Source of the DNA: a virus
Lineage: Duplodnaviria > Caudoviricetes
Direction: 5' to 3' (one strand)
DNA: 55,543 nt
IMG/VR virus record: IMGVR_UViG_3300035007_000011
Location: 1-55,543 of that record
In this document: piece after piece, positions 46,190 to 55,543 of the stretch
Numbering within the stretch: position 1 is the first letter of the stretch
Layout: every line of letters starts with the position of its first letter
Made by a program: the position numbers and the translations under genes
The notes under the pieces: generated by a model
What the model was told of the DNA's origin: nothing
The model's database searches: none
Seen by the model: only the letters and a program-made list of their open reading frames with translations

Positions 46190-46199
46190 GGGAATCATA
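46190..46199 (+). promoter_or_regulatory. GGGAAnnnTA motif (tape measure)
   Basis: GGGAATCATA, 23 nt before the ATG. Confidence 0.6.
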
Positions 46200-46222
46200 A
46201 CAACGTGATTAATGTTACCTAA

Positions 46223-49200
46223 ATGACCTTCTCCGGTAGTTCCCTCGGCACTCTAGAATTACAGCTAACCGCCAATCAGCAAGTATTACGGCAACAGCTC
46301 AATCAAACTCGTGCTTACGCCACACAAATAGCGCGGGATATTGAGCAACAAATAAATCGGGCTTTTGGTGGGACAAATCGGAGTAATACCCAGTTGCCGG
46401 GACTGCGGAACGCTTCTGCTCAAGGTGCGGCTGCTGGTGCAAATGCAGGAAATTCCTTTGCTGATAAATTCAAAGATGCGATCGCACCGCTAAAAGGAGC
46501 GATTGACAATATTTTTAGTGGTGCTTTTGTTGGTGCAGGGATAGGAGCTTTTACTTCGATTACTGGTGCGATTGGGACTGCCGTTAGTGCGATGCAGGGT
46601 TTTGCGGGGCAGATTTTCACCGTCACTAAGGACTTTCAGGGGTTTGAATCGAGTTTAAAAACGTTTCTTAAAGGGAACCAGCAAGAGATTGATAAGTTTG
46701 TTGCTGGCTTAGAGAAATTCGCCGCGACTACACCTTACGAGCTTAAGGACTTACAGCAAGCCGCGATCGCTAACTTGGCTACAGGGGCAAAACCTGACCA
46801 GATTCTTAAGGACTTGAAATCGATTGGTGATGTGGCAGCCGGGGCAAATACCAGCATCAAAGAATTGATGGAAGTCTACGCCAAGTCCCGCACTGAAGGT
46901 AAGCTACAGAATGAAGATATCGATCAGTTTACCGGGCGTGGCGTACAATTAACCCTCCAACTTGCCAAACAATTAGGGGCAAGTGAAAAAGAAGTAAGGC
47001 AACTTGCTACTGATGGGAAATTGGAATTTCGCCATCTGGAAGAAGCCCTACGTGCCATGAGTGGGACGGGTGGGGCTTACTTTGATGCGATGAAAAATAA
47101 AGCCACAACTTTAGAAGGTAAATTATCAAATATTAACGATACTTTCTATCAGTTTCAAAAGCAATTGGGACAAGCTTTTGAGCCGTTATTTAGTTTGGTC
47201 ACTGACTTTTTAGGAAAGCTTGTAAGTGGGCTAACTGAAAATAAAGATTTAATGGCGCAATTGAAGGGACAAACTCAAGAAGTCGCCGATTATTTTAAAC
47301 AAAATCCAGAGATTGCAGAAAACTTATCAAAGGCATTAAACGAGCTAGTTCGCGGTGCAATGACGGCTGTGGTGGGGAGTGCCAAGCAATTGGGTGAATA
47401 TTTAAAAGAGAATCCAAGGGCAATTCAAGATGCCGTTAAAGGTGGAATTCAATTAGGAAAAGAAGTAGCTTCAATAGTTACAGGTGCTGCATCTTTGGTT
47501 GGTTACATTATTAAATTTACCAGTGGCGTGAAAGAAGCTGCAATCGCTGTCAGAGACACGCTTGGCGGTGCGATGAAAGCAATTGGCATAGGAGAGAAAC
47601 AAGAAAATCCTATTGCTAACTTCTTAGTTGGTGATGGCGCACAGCGATCTGCGGAAAATTTTCAAGATACGTTGTACGGTAAAAATGCCCCATCTTTCAT
47701 GCAAGGTCTTGGCAAGATGATGGGGTATAAGGGTGCGGAAGGTTCGGCAGAAGGAAATCAAGCTCAAGCTCCGTCATCTGGTGGTAATCTGCCTTTTGGA
47801 GCTGCTCTTGCTACTGTTCAAAGTTTTTTTGGTGGTCAGCAACAACAAGCTCAAAAAAGCAAAGTTCTTATGCGTCGGACGGGACAAAAAGACGAGAATG
47901 GGCTTGAGAAATTAGCTTTAACTGTATACGATGAAAATGGACAAGCTAGCCAGTTTACTGTTAACTCTGGCAGAAAAGAAACTCAGAAAAAATTTGGTGG
48001 TGCTGGAAGTACGCGGGAGGGGTCAAAGGCTCCACTTGAATACGGAACTTATAATATTGGGCAAGAAAGAGCGGGTACAAGCGCTGCCGTTGGTGCTACT
48101 TTTATTCCCACAAATCCAAATTTCAGCACAGAACGCACTGACATCGGATTTCATCAAGATGCTGACAGAAATGTAGTACCTGGTAGTGCTGGATGCATTG
48201 TGTTTGCCACAAAAGAAGAATTTCAACGATTTAGGCAAGTTTTAAAGGGTAGTAAAGCAACTGAGCTAAGTTTTGAAGAGGGTATTTCTTCTGGTAACTT
48301 GGGTTCCGCACTTCAACAATCTGGGATTAAAGGCTCCCCATATAAAATTGTTGAAAGTGTTGGCAGCAGAATGGAAAATGTTGGCAAATACGAAGACTTA
48401 GAAAAACATCATCCTTCTGCCGGTAGAGAGCCTAATCGCAATTACGCAACGAGTGGGGGGAAACTTGAAGAGGTGACACCAACAAGAGGTGTTGAAGGCG
48501 GATATTTAATAAAGAAAGATTATGTGCTGATAGGGAAGGGTGGAAATCAAAGAGTTGATTCTCCTGCTCCAGTTTCTGGTTACGCAAGAAATATCGGTCA
48601 GGGATGGGGAGCCGTTTCTTTTTATGATGCTCCCAAAGGAGGTAATTTAATTGGTCGAAGCGGTCATTTAACTAATATATCAGTCAAAGAAGGTCAATTT
48701 GTCAAGTATGGGCAGCCGATAGGAAAACAAGGGGGTGCGGGGGGGTATGCAGTTCACTCCCATGTGGAGCTAGCTCCAAATCAATGGCGAAAATATATTC
48801 AAGATTTGTTGGACGGGGTTTTTGATGATGGGAAAAAGGCTGTTTCGGGAAGTAAAAACCCTGTATTGAATACACAGGCAATAGCAAAACAATATAATTT
48901 GCAATCTTTACTTGTCCAAGAGTTGCAATCGGGGAAAGTACTTGGTGAGAGCAATAGCTCTAAGTCTCCGGCTTCACCAGCATCAACAATTAAATTAATT
49001 GTTGGCGATTTAATTACAGATGCCGTTAATCAAGGTAAGGCTAAATTAGAGCAGGAATTAACGCTTAAGCCTGGAGAAATAGCCGAAGGTTCTGATTTGA
49101 AAACAGGACAACAAGTAAAAGTCTCTGAGTTAATCACTCGGATGCTAAAAGAATCTGATAATACAGCGACAAATGCCTTGATTGGCTTACTAGGCGGACT

Positions 49201-52200
49201 AGATAAAACCACTCAGTTGGCAATTGAGAAAGGATATAAAAACACTCATATAGGCGGATTATTAAGCATCCCTGGTGCTACTGGATTTAAGAATAAATCA
49301 ACGGCTGAAGATACGACTAAAGCAATGCGTGATTTATTGCTAGATAATTCTGAAGCTGGCAGAATTGGATCTTCCGCTTTGCGGTCAACCAGAAATTTTA
49401 AATATGAAGGTGAAACAGGCGGGAAGATAGACAATAATTCTAAAGTTATCGGCAATGTCGGGATTGTCAATATCAGCGGCAAAGAATATATTGTTACCGC
49501 TTACGCTAATGTAAATGGCAATGTAGATGGAAATAGGGCAGTTATTAAAAATGCTACAAATGATGTAACCGCGTCTCTAAAAAATCAAAACTCTCTCAGT
49601 TCTCCTAATATATTTGAGCAAGGGGTACAAGCATTTCAACAAATTATTAAGCCAGTACAGCAAGCCTTACAAGGTGCGTCAGGCGGAGGTAAAGTAAGCT
49701 CTTCAAGCGATCCAATGTGGGGTAAAGCTGCTAACTACGCACCATCTGATTTATCAAAGCTGACTTCAACTGGAAAGAAAGCGATGGAAGCATTGAAAAA
49801 TCCCAATGTGCGCGCATTTTTGGATGCTGTGGCGATCGCAGAATTAGGAGATGATGCAGCCCAAAAGGGTGGATATGGCTATCTATTTGGAGATGTGAAC
49901 GGCAAGGAAACATTCGACCCCAACAACCTCAGTTCGCATCCTAAGCAGAAACGACGTAGCGGTAAATACGTCTCTTCTGCTACAGGGCGTTACCAAACAA
50001 TGGATTTTGTGTGGGATGATGATACTAAATATGGTTCAAAAGGACTGGGACTTGCAGACTTTAAGCCACAGTCACAAGAAATCTTGGCTATAGGAAGGAT
50101 GATGTACCGTGGCATCCTTGATGAAGTGATGCGGGGGAACGTTGCCGGAGTTATCAAGCGCAGCGGCAACATGGATGCTTCGAGCGAGTGGGCATCATTG
50201 CAAGGCAACCCCTACGGGCAAGGGACATCCGGGGGTAAACGCTCTGCTTTCTTGGGGAATTTTGAAAAATTCCGCAATGAAGCAACAAACTCACAGCAAT
50301 CGGCTCTGTCAAAGAGTCAGCAACCAACAACCAACAGTCAAGCGATCGCAACCGGCAACAACCAACCAACAACCAACAACCAACCAACAACCAACAACCA
50401 ACAGTCAGCAGAAGACCAACGCAACTTAGTAGCGGCAAGGCGTAAATTAGCAGAACAAAACTCCAAAGAAATTAAAGATGAGCTTGATTCAGCAAATAAA
50501 CAAGCCGATGGAAGGCAAAAACAGCAACGAGAATTAGATGCTCAAAAACGCGGACAACTCGATAAAGAAAAGAAAGCACAGTTGCAACTTGAGATGGCTC
50601 AGGCTCCCGATGATGAAGCTAAAAAGGTTGTCGAGCGACGGCTTTCACGCTACAACCTTGATAATAAGTACGAAGAAGATTTAATCAAATTTGCTCAACA
50701 ACGCGAAGATGTAGTTGACGCTAGAGACAAGAAAATGCAGGTTATAGCTGAAGCTAAAAAACGCAATAAACCAATCGATTTGGGTGAAGAGGCAGGCAGG
50801 GATTATACTAAGGCAATTAATCAATTAGATGAACTTATTGCTTCTACTAAAGAACAACATAAAGTAGAATTAGAGACTGATAACTTAAATGAATCTAACT
50901 CTACAAACCAGCAAGAACGAGATAAAGAAAGGCAGCGTGAGATAGAAAGATTAACCCGCGCTCATGAACAATATATTAATCAACTAAAGTTAGAGCAGTC
51001 GCTCTTAAAAGATGAACCAACTAAACAAAATATTCAATCGTTAATTGATTCTTCCGAATTAGAGTATCAAGCAAAAACAACATTGATGCCGTTGCAAAAT
51101 GACCTTGATGATTTGCAAGATAGGAAAGTTTACTTATTAGGTAAAGGTGGGCTGAAAGAAGATTCAGAAGAAGTGAAACTTTTAAGTAAAGAAATTGATA
51201 ATTTAGTTGCTCAGACTAATTCCGTTGCTGATAAGTCGGGGATTGATTTAAAAGTATTCAATAACCAACGCAAACAAACTCAAGAAAACAATGCTTTGTT
51301 GCGTGAGAATGAAGATAAAGAGCAAGCTTACAGCCAACAAGTAAACCAACTGCGATCGCAACTAGGAAATGCACGCACCCAACAGCAGAAAGCAGAGCTA
51401 CAATTTCAACTTGATAAAATAGCTGCAATTCACGAAGAACAGCAAGCGCTACAGCCTCTCAAGGAGCAATACGATAATTTGGTGAAATCGCGGGAGCAAT
51501 TAATTGTGTCCGGCAAATTTGACACTAATAGCGAAGTTATCAAAGAGCTAGACAAACAAGTTGCTCAATTAAATAATCAAATAAAATTAGTTGGCGAACA
51601 ATCGAAGGTTAGCTTTCAAATCTTAACCAAGGAATCGCAAAAAGCAATTGAACAAGCTAAGTTTGCTGATTTGGAAGCCGCTTTATCTAAAGAATCGGGA
51701 CTCGTTAGTAGCAGCACTTCTGTACTTCAAGGGCAAGCCGGTTTAATTCGTAATCGCGGGGGGAACGAATACCAAGCTTCGGCATTGGAAGGTGAAGCTT
51801 CGCAGATGCAGGAACAAATTAGATATAAGCAAGAGCTATTACAAATTGAACAACAGATTGCAGCCGCACGGGACACTTCTTCTGAATATACAGAATTAGA
51901 AGTCTTCAAGATGAAAGCGAATGCGGAAACATTAAATAAAATAAATTTAGAAAATATTTCGGGACAAGTTAAAACCCTCGCTAAGGATTTAACGGATGTT
52001 GGTAAAAACGCCTTGGGTGGATTTTTTACTGATATTATCACTGGTTCAAAGTCAGCAGCAGACGCTTTTAAGGACTTGGTTGGCAATATCGCTAACCAAC
52101 TCGCACAGTTAGCAGTTAACAAACTGATTTCTGAATTATTTGGTGGTGGGGGTGGCATTCCTGGTATAGGTAGTGGAGGCGGTGGGGGCTTCTTGGGCGG

Positions 52201-52606
52201 GTTACTTGGCTTTAATCAAGGGGGGATGGTTCCGAACTACGCGATGGGGGGTAGTGTGGGGGCTATAGCCGATGCGCTACAACGAGAAAAAAGTGCTTCT
52301 GGGCGTAATCCGCTCTTAGCCGCGCTAACACCGGGGGAAATGGTGCTAACTGTGCAGCAAGCCAAGCGCTTCCAAGAATTGCGTTTAGATAAAGTGTTGA
52401 ATTTTGCTAATGGTGGTGTAGTTGGGGGCGTTTCTGGCAGCGGTGAAATTAAAGAGGACGGCATGACTATCAATATCCCTGTCACTATTGCCGGGGGAGC
52501 AAAAGAAACTTCAGTTGATGTGCCACGCTTACAAAGTTCAATCCGAGGCGTGGTTGTTGAAGAATTGTTGAAACAACAGCGTCGTGGTGGCGCATTGAAT
52601 CGGTGA
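46223..52606 (+). CDS. Tape measure protein with YkuD/Tlde1-like, M23, serine beta-lactamase-fold and lambda-lysozyme domains
   Basis: FAATTPY..GDVAAG..GKLQNEDIDQF (tape measure); FHQD..GSAGCIV; GHL..VKEGQ.V..GQ.IG.QG..HSHVE; PASTIK/SDNTATN; NVRAFLD..AE..SSATGRYQ..EWASL. Confidence 0.9.
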   Translation: MTFSGSSLGTLELQLTANQQVLRQQLNQTRAYATQIARDIEQQINRAFGGTNRSNTQLPGLRNASAQGAAAGANAGNSFADKFKDAIAPLKGAIDNIFSGAFVGAGIGAFTSITGAIGTAVSAMQGFAGQIFTVTKDFQGFESSLKTFLKGNQQEIDKFVAGLEKFAATTPYELKDLQQAAIANLATGAKPDQILKDLKSIGDVAAGANTSIKELMEVYAKSRTEGKLQNEDIDQFTGRGVQLTLQLAKQLGASEKEVRQLATDGKLEFRHLEEALRAMSGTGGAYFDAMKNKATTLEGKLSNINDTFYQFQKQLGQAFEPLFSLVTDFLGKLVSGLTENKDLMAQLKGQTQEVADYFKQNPEIAENLSKALNELVRGAMTAVVGSAKQLGEYLKENPRAIQDAVKGGIQLGKEVASIVTGAASLVGYIIKFTSGVKEAAIAVRDTLGGAMKAIGIGEKQENPIANFLVGDGAQRSAENFQDTLYGKNAPSFMQGLGKMMGYKGAEGSAEGNQAQAPSSGGNLPFGAALATVQSFFGGQQQQAQKSKVLMRRTGQKDENGLEKLALTVYDENGQASQFTVNSGRKETQKKFGGAGSTREGSKAPLEYGTYNIGQERAGTSAAVGATFIPTNPNFSTERTDIGFHQDADRNVVPGSAGCIVFATKEEFQRFRQVLKGSKATELSFEEGISSGNLGSALQQSGIKGSPYKIVESVGSRMENVGKYEDLEKHHPSAGREPNRNYATSGGKLEEVTPTRGVEGGYLIKKDYVLIGKGGNQRVDSPAPVSGYARNIGQGWGAVSFYDAPKGGNLIGRSGHLTNISVKEGQFVKYGQPIGKQGGAGGYAVHSHVELAPNQWRKYIQDLLDGVFDDGKKAVSGSKNPVLNTQAIAKQYNLQSLLVQELQSGKVLGESNSSKSPASPASTIKLIVGDLITDAVNQGKAKLEQELTLKPGEIAEGSDLKTGQQVKVSELITRMLKESDNTATNALIGLLGGLDKTTQLAIEKGYKNTHIGGLLSIPGATGFKNKSTAEDTTKAMRDLLLDNSEAGRIGSSALRSTRNFKYEGETGGKIDNNSKVIGNVGIVNISGKEYIVTAYANVNGNVDGNRAVIKNATNDVTASLKNQNSLSSPNIFEQGVQAFQQIIKPVQQALQGASGGGKVSSSSDPMWGKAANYAPSDLSKLTSTGKKAMEALKNPNVRAFLDAVAIAELGDDAAQKGGYGYLFGDVNGKETFDPNNLSSHPKQKRRSGKYVSSATGRYQTMDFVWDDDTKYGSKGLGLADFKPQSQEILAIGRMMYRGILDEVMRGNVAGVIKRSGNMDASSEWASLQGNPYGQGTSGGKRSAFLGNFEKFRNEATNSQQSALSKSQQPTTNSQAIATGNNQPTTNNQPTTNNQQSAEDQRNLVAARRKLAEQNSKEIKDELDSANKQADGRQKQQRELDAQKRGQLDKEKKAQLQLEMAQAPDDEAKKVVERRLSRYNLDNKYEEDLIKFAQQREDVVDARDKKMQVIAEAKKRNKPIDLGEEAGRDYTKAINQLDELIASTKEQHKVELETDNLNESNSTNQQERDKERQREIERLTRAHEQYINQLKLEQSLLKDEPTKQNIQSLIDSSELEYQAKTTLMPLQNDLDDLQDRKVYLLGKGGLKEDSEEVKLLSKEIDNLVAQTNSVADKSGIDLKVFNNQRKQTQENNALLRENEDKEQAYSQQVNQLRSQLGNARTQQQKAELQFQLDKIAAIHEEQQALQPLKEQYDNLVKSREQLIVSGKFDTNSEVIKELDKQVAQLNNQIKLVGEQSKVSFQILTKESQKAIEQAKFADLEAALSKESGLVSSSTSVLQGQAGLIRNRGGNEYQASALEGEASQMQEQIRYKQELLQIEQQIAAARDTSSEYTELEVFKMKANAETLNKINLENISGQVKTLAKDLTDVGKNALGGFFTDIITGSKSAADAFKDLVGNIANQLAQLAVNKLISELFGGGGGIPGIGSGGGGGFLGGLLGFNQGGMVPNYAMGGSVGAIADALQREKSASGRNPLLAALTPGEMVLTVQQAKRFQELRLDKVLNFANGGVVGGVSGSGEIKEDGMTINIPVTIAGGAKETSVDVPRLQSSIRGVVVEELLKQQRRGGALNR
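50320..50405 (+). repeat. In-frame CAACCAA-type short tandem repeats (QPTTNN linker)
   Basis: caaccaacaaccaac... repeated between the lysozyme domain and the coiled coil. Confidence 0.75.
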
Positions 52607-52673
52607 TGATTTGCTCCTAGACATATATATGTGCAGACGTTTTCGTTGATATATGTATAGATACTTTTGGCGG

Positions 52674-53438
52674 TCAATTCGAGTACCGAATTACCAACCG
52701 CGTCCTTTCCACCCAATACCCGCCATACATAAATATCTCACTGAGTCGTCCCTCTCCCAAATTGTGTAGCGCTTTCCCGGTTGAAGGGTCTAGGAGAATT
52801 GCGGCGTGGTGAGTGCAACTGCCCGTAATGCACATAAGTATCACATCGTTTATTTGGAGTGGTTCACCACTAACGAGTTTCCGAAATCCGCATGAAACAA
52901 AAGAATCGGTGAACATATCCCAGTCGGGCGAAGTAGTTTCTTCAATATCACCCCTTGGAAAGTCTGGGAGTTCAACACCCAACATCCCTTTGTAATAGCT
53001 ACGAAACAACGTGTAACAATCGCTACGATTGTACTCAAACTTCCAGCCTAAATAATATTCCAGTGACTTCGGAGAGTGGAGGTTAGGAATTAGGGGATAG
53101 GGGTAAATATCACCCGGTGAGTAATAGTCCCATTGCCCGAAAGCAGTGTGGTAGAGGAGGTAGGGTATTTTTGATGCCTTACTATTACTTATATCTGTAG
53201 GGCTAAGTAACGCTGGCTGCGAGTCTTGCCAGTGGCTGTGGTAAATTGCCGTTACAGGAGTTGCGGCGTTTATTTCTTCAAAATAGTCTGTTGAGATTTC
53301 AAAAGCTTCTTTGGGATTATTCGCAATGTTGCCACAAGGAAAAATGCGGTCTCCGCAAATCAACCCACACGTTTCTAAATTGGGCAGATGTTGAGCATGA
53401 GCAATAATTTGTTGCTTAATCTCGGTGGTTAACTTCAA
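52674..53438 (-). CDS. Tail assembly protein K (JAB/MPN + NlpC/P60)
   Basis: ETCGL, YHSH..LSPTD; DCYTLFRSYY..HHAAI..LH. Confidence 0.92.
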   Translation of the reverse strand: MKLTTEIKQQIIAHAQHLPNLETCGLICGDRIFPCGNIANNPKEAFEISTDYFEEINAATPVTAIYHSHWQDSQPALLSPTDISNSKASKIPYLLYHTAFGQWDYYSPGDIYPYPLIPNLHSPKSLEYYLGWKFEYNRSDCYTLFRSYYKGMLGVELPDFPRGDIEETTSPDWDMFTDSFVSCGFRKLVSGEPLQINDVILMCITGSCTHHAAILLDPSTGKALHNLGEGRLSEIFMYGGYWVERTRLVIRYSN

Positions 53439-53541
53439 AATTAAACCTTATTTTTAATTCAAAACTAGCGCAAAATTAGCTCAGTCTTTTTTTATATCTT
53501 CACGAACCCGCATCCTGCGGAGGTTTTATTCTATGGTGCTA

Positions 53542-53587
53542 CTGCCTTACAAGCAGGACGTCATCAGTTCGAGTCTGGTACTGCCCA
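53542..53587 (+). other. att core: 3' half of tRNA-Val(TAC) (prophage right boundary)
   Basis: ctgcc-tTACaa-gcagg..GTTCGAGTC..ctgccca has the anticodon arm, T-arm and acceptor 3' strand but no matching 5' half. Confidence 0.85.
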
Positions 53588-53608
53588 TTTTTAATTTTGG
53601 TTAAATGA

Positions 53609-53641
53609 TAAAAAACATCAAGTTTGACTTGATGTTTTTTT
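53609..53641. terminator. Bidirectional intrinsic terminator
   Basis: aaaaaacatcaagt-ttg-acttgatgttttttt. Confidence 0.75.
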
Positions 53642-53668
53642 GTCAGGACTAAAGTCCTCACTAGGAAT

Positions 53669-55543
53669 TTATTCTACCGTTACCGACTTGGCTAAATTTC
53701 TCGGCTGATCGACATCCAAACCGCGCCGCGCTGCAATATGATAAGCCAATAATTGCAAAGGAATTACAGTCAAAATTGGTGAAAGTAATTCATCCACGTT
53801 AGACACGGGGAGCAAGTCGTTAAAAATTTCCGCAGCTTCACCATCTTTGACGGGAGTTACACCGATTAATCGTGAATCTCTGGCTTTTGCTTCTTGAGCG
53901 TTGGAAAGCACCTTTTCATAAACTTTACCAGGGATAGCGATCGCTACTACTGGTACTTTGGCATCTAATAGAGCGATGGGACCATGTTTCATTTCTCCAG
54001 CGGGATACCCCTCAGCGTGAATATAGCTGATTTCTTTTAATTTCAACGCTCCTTCTAAAGCGATGGGAAAGTTAATTCCCCTACCCAAAAAGATAAAATC
54101 TGTGGTTTCGGCAAAGTCGTGCGCTAACTGTTCAATTAGATGTTCCTGTTTTTCCAAAGTTGCTTCAATTTCTTTCGGAATCTGTCGCAAAGAGTTAATA
54201 ATTTCCTCTAATTTGTCGGGAGAAATTGTTTGACGACCATAAGCTAAATCCAAAGCTAAGGCATAAAATGCCATCAGTTGGGCAATAAAAGTTTTCGTTG
54301 CCGCTACCCCAATTTCTAGTCCCCCATGAGTATTGATAATCTGAGATACCATTTGACCCAAGGTGCTTTCTGGACGATTAGTAATTCCTAAAAGTCGCGG
54401 TTGATACTTAGGTTCTTTACCACTGCGGCGCTCTTTTTCCATCGCCAAAGCAGCTAGTGTATCAGCAGTTTCCCCAGATTGAGTTACGCCAATTGTGAGA
54501 GTATTTGCTGTCAAAGGTGATGGTGCGTAGCGAAACTCAGAAGCATATTGAACCTGTGTGGGAATTTCTGCCAGTTGTTCAATTAAATATTTACCGATTA
54601 GTGCTGCGTGCCAACTAGTACCGCAAGCTACGATTTGAATTTGCTCTAAATCAACGTAAAATTCTGCTGGTAAGCCTAAATTAATCGGCGAAGACGGATC
54701 ATTTGTAAAGTAAGCTTCTAAACAAGCCCTAACTACTCCCGGTTGCTCGTAGATTTCCTTGAGCATGAAGTGCTTGAATCCCTGTTTTTCTACCATCATG
54801 GGACTCAAGTTAAGCAAACGCGGTTGTTTTTTCAACCTGTCACCGGCAAAGTTATATATTTCCACCCCTAAAGGCGTCAACCGTGCCATTTCGCCATTTT
54901 CTAAGGTTAGCACCGCACGGGTATGAGAAACGATCGCTGGGGTATCAGAAGCGCAGAAAAATTCACCTTGACCAAAACCAATTACCAGCGGTGCTTGTTG
55001 TCGGATGGCAATCAGTTCATCGGGAAAATCAGCACAAAGACAAGCGATGGCAAATGCCCCCTCTAATTTATTCACAGCTTGACGCACTGCCTCGAAAAAA
55101 GGAGAGGGGGAATGCAAAGAGGGGGGATTTTTTAAGAATTCGGCGATTAAGTGGGGAATTACTTCTGTATCAGTTTGGGAACGAAACACATAGCCTTTTT
55201 CTTTAAGATCCTCGCGTAACTCGCGGTAATTTTCAATAATGCCATTTTGCACCACCGCTACCCGCATTGCTGTATCCATGTGTGGATGAGCATTATACTC
55301 TTCTGGCTTACCATGAGTCGCCCAGCGAGTGTGACCAATACCAATTTGTGCTGGGGTTTCGATAGCTTCTAGTTTAGAACGCAGGTTATGCAGTTTGCCT
55401 TTAGCGCGAACGCAATTAACCTCACCTTCCCAAATAGTGGCGATTCCGGCGGAATCGTAACCCCTATACTCCAGTTTTTCCAGCCCAGAGAGCAAAATTT
55501 CTGTCGCTGCTTGAGTGCCGATATAACCTACAATGCCGCACAT
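53669..55543 (-). CDS. glmS: Glutamine-fructose-6-phosphate aminotransferase (host)
   Basis: MCGIVG, LEYRGYDSAG, GHTRWATHG and C-terminal PRNLAKSVTVE. Confidence 0.98.
   Translation of the reverse strand: MCGIVGYIGTQAATEILLSGLEKLEYRGYDSAGIATIWEGEVNCVRAKGKLHNLRSKLEAIETPAQIGIGHTRWATHGKPEEYNAHPHMDTAMRVAVVQNGIIENYRELREDLKEKGYVFRSQTDTEVIPHLIAEFLKNPPSLHSPSPFFEAVRQAVNKLEGAFAIACLCADFPDELIAIRQQAPLVIGFGQGEFFCASDTPAIVSHTRAVLTLENGEMARLTPLGVEIYNFAGDRLKKQPRLLNLSPMMVEKQGFKHFMLKEIYEQPGVVRACLEAYFTNDPSSPINLGLPAEFYVDLEQIQIVACGTSWHAALIGKYLIEQLAEIPTQVQYASEFRYAPSPLTANTLTIGVTQSGETADTLAALAMEKERRSGKEPKYQPRLLGITNRPESTLGQMVSQIINTHGGLEIGVAATKTFIAQLMAFYALALDLAYGRQTISPDKLEEIINSLRQIPKEIEATLEKQEHLIEQLAHDFAETTDFIFLGRGINFPIALEGALKLKEISYIHAEGYPAGEMKHGPIALLDAKVPVVAIAIPGKVYEKVLSNAQEAKARDSRLIGVTPVKDGEAAEIFNDLLPVSNVDELLSPILTVIPLQLLAYHIAARRGLDVDQPRNLAKSVTVE

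Larger units (their letters stand above)
1..53587. mobile_element. Prophage (siphovirus-like, lambda-type tail), right-hand part; left end outside window
   Basis: Portal, coat, scaffold, TerL, tail tube, TMP, gpM/L/K/I/J and lysis genes are present. The region ends at a 3' tRNA-Val fragment followed by host glmS. Confidence 0.93.

Noticed and set aside
48890-49580. Antibiotic-resistance beta-lactamase
   Set aside because: It is an internal domain of the tape measure protein with an altered KTG motif; a peptidoglycan-related role is more plausible
53470-53587. Complete tRNA-Val gene
   Set aside because: Only the 3' 46 nt are tRNA-like; the upstream 'ttagctcagt' is too far away and lacks an acceptor-stem 5' strand

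Overview
The window is the right-hand ~53.6 kb of a lambda-like (siphovirus-type) prophage in a heterocystous/Nostocales-type cyanobacterium (many HIP1 GCGATCGC sites). It ends at a duplicated 3' half of tRNA-Val(TAC) (att core, 53542-53587) next to host glmS. Integrase, replication genes and the intact tRNA are not in the window and presumably lie to the left. A near-complete virion gene set is present (portal, scaffold, P22-type coat, TerL, tail tube, frameshifted chaperones, tape measure, gpM/L/K/I/J, lysis), but it is broken into many short units on both strands. Most of these units are preceded by one motif, GGGAAnnnTA, which resembles the Nostoc SigJ hormogonium 'J-box', and the phage encodes its own SigF/SigJ-type sigma factor fused to an InsA-like Zn-ribbon/HTH. 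Other notable items: a four-helix-bundle gene with GAAGGAA-type heptamer arrays placed just upstream of several virion-gene start codons; a HIP1-rich membrane/FtsK-HerA-like ATPase/twin-HNH module; a ParB-PAPS-reductase-GNAT-ASCH cluster with a protamine-like gene; a tape measure protein with four cell-wall enzyme domains; an unannotated nblA; an IS200/IS605 (tnpA+tnpB); an oversized IS982; and a 112-bp IscB-type miniature element. All protein calls come from motif recognition by eye, with no database searches.
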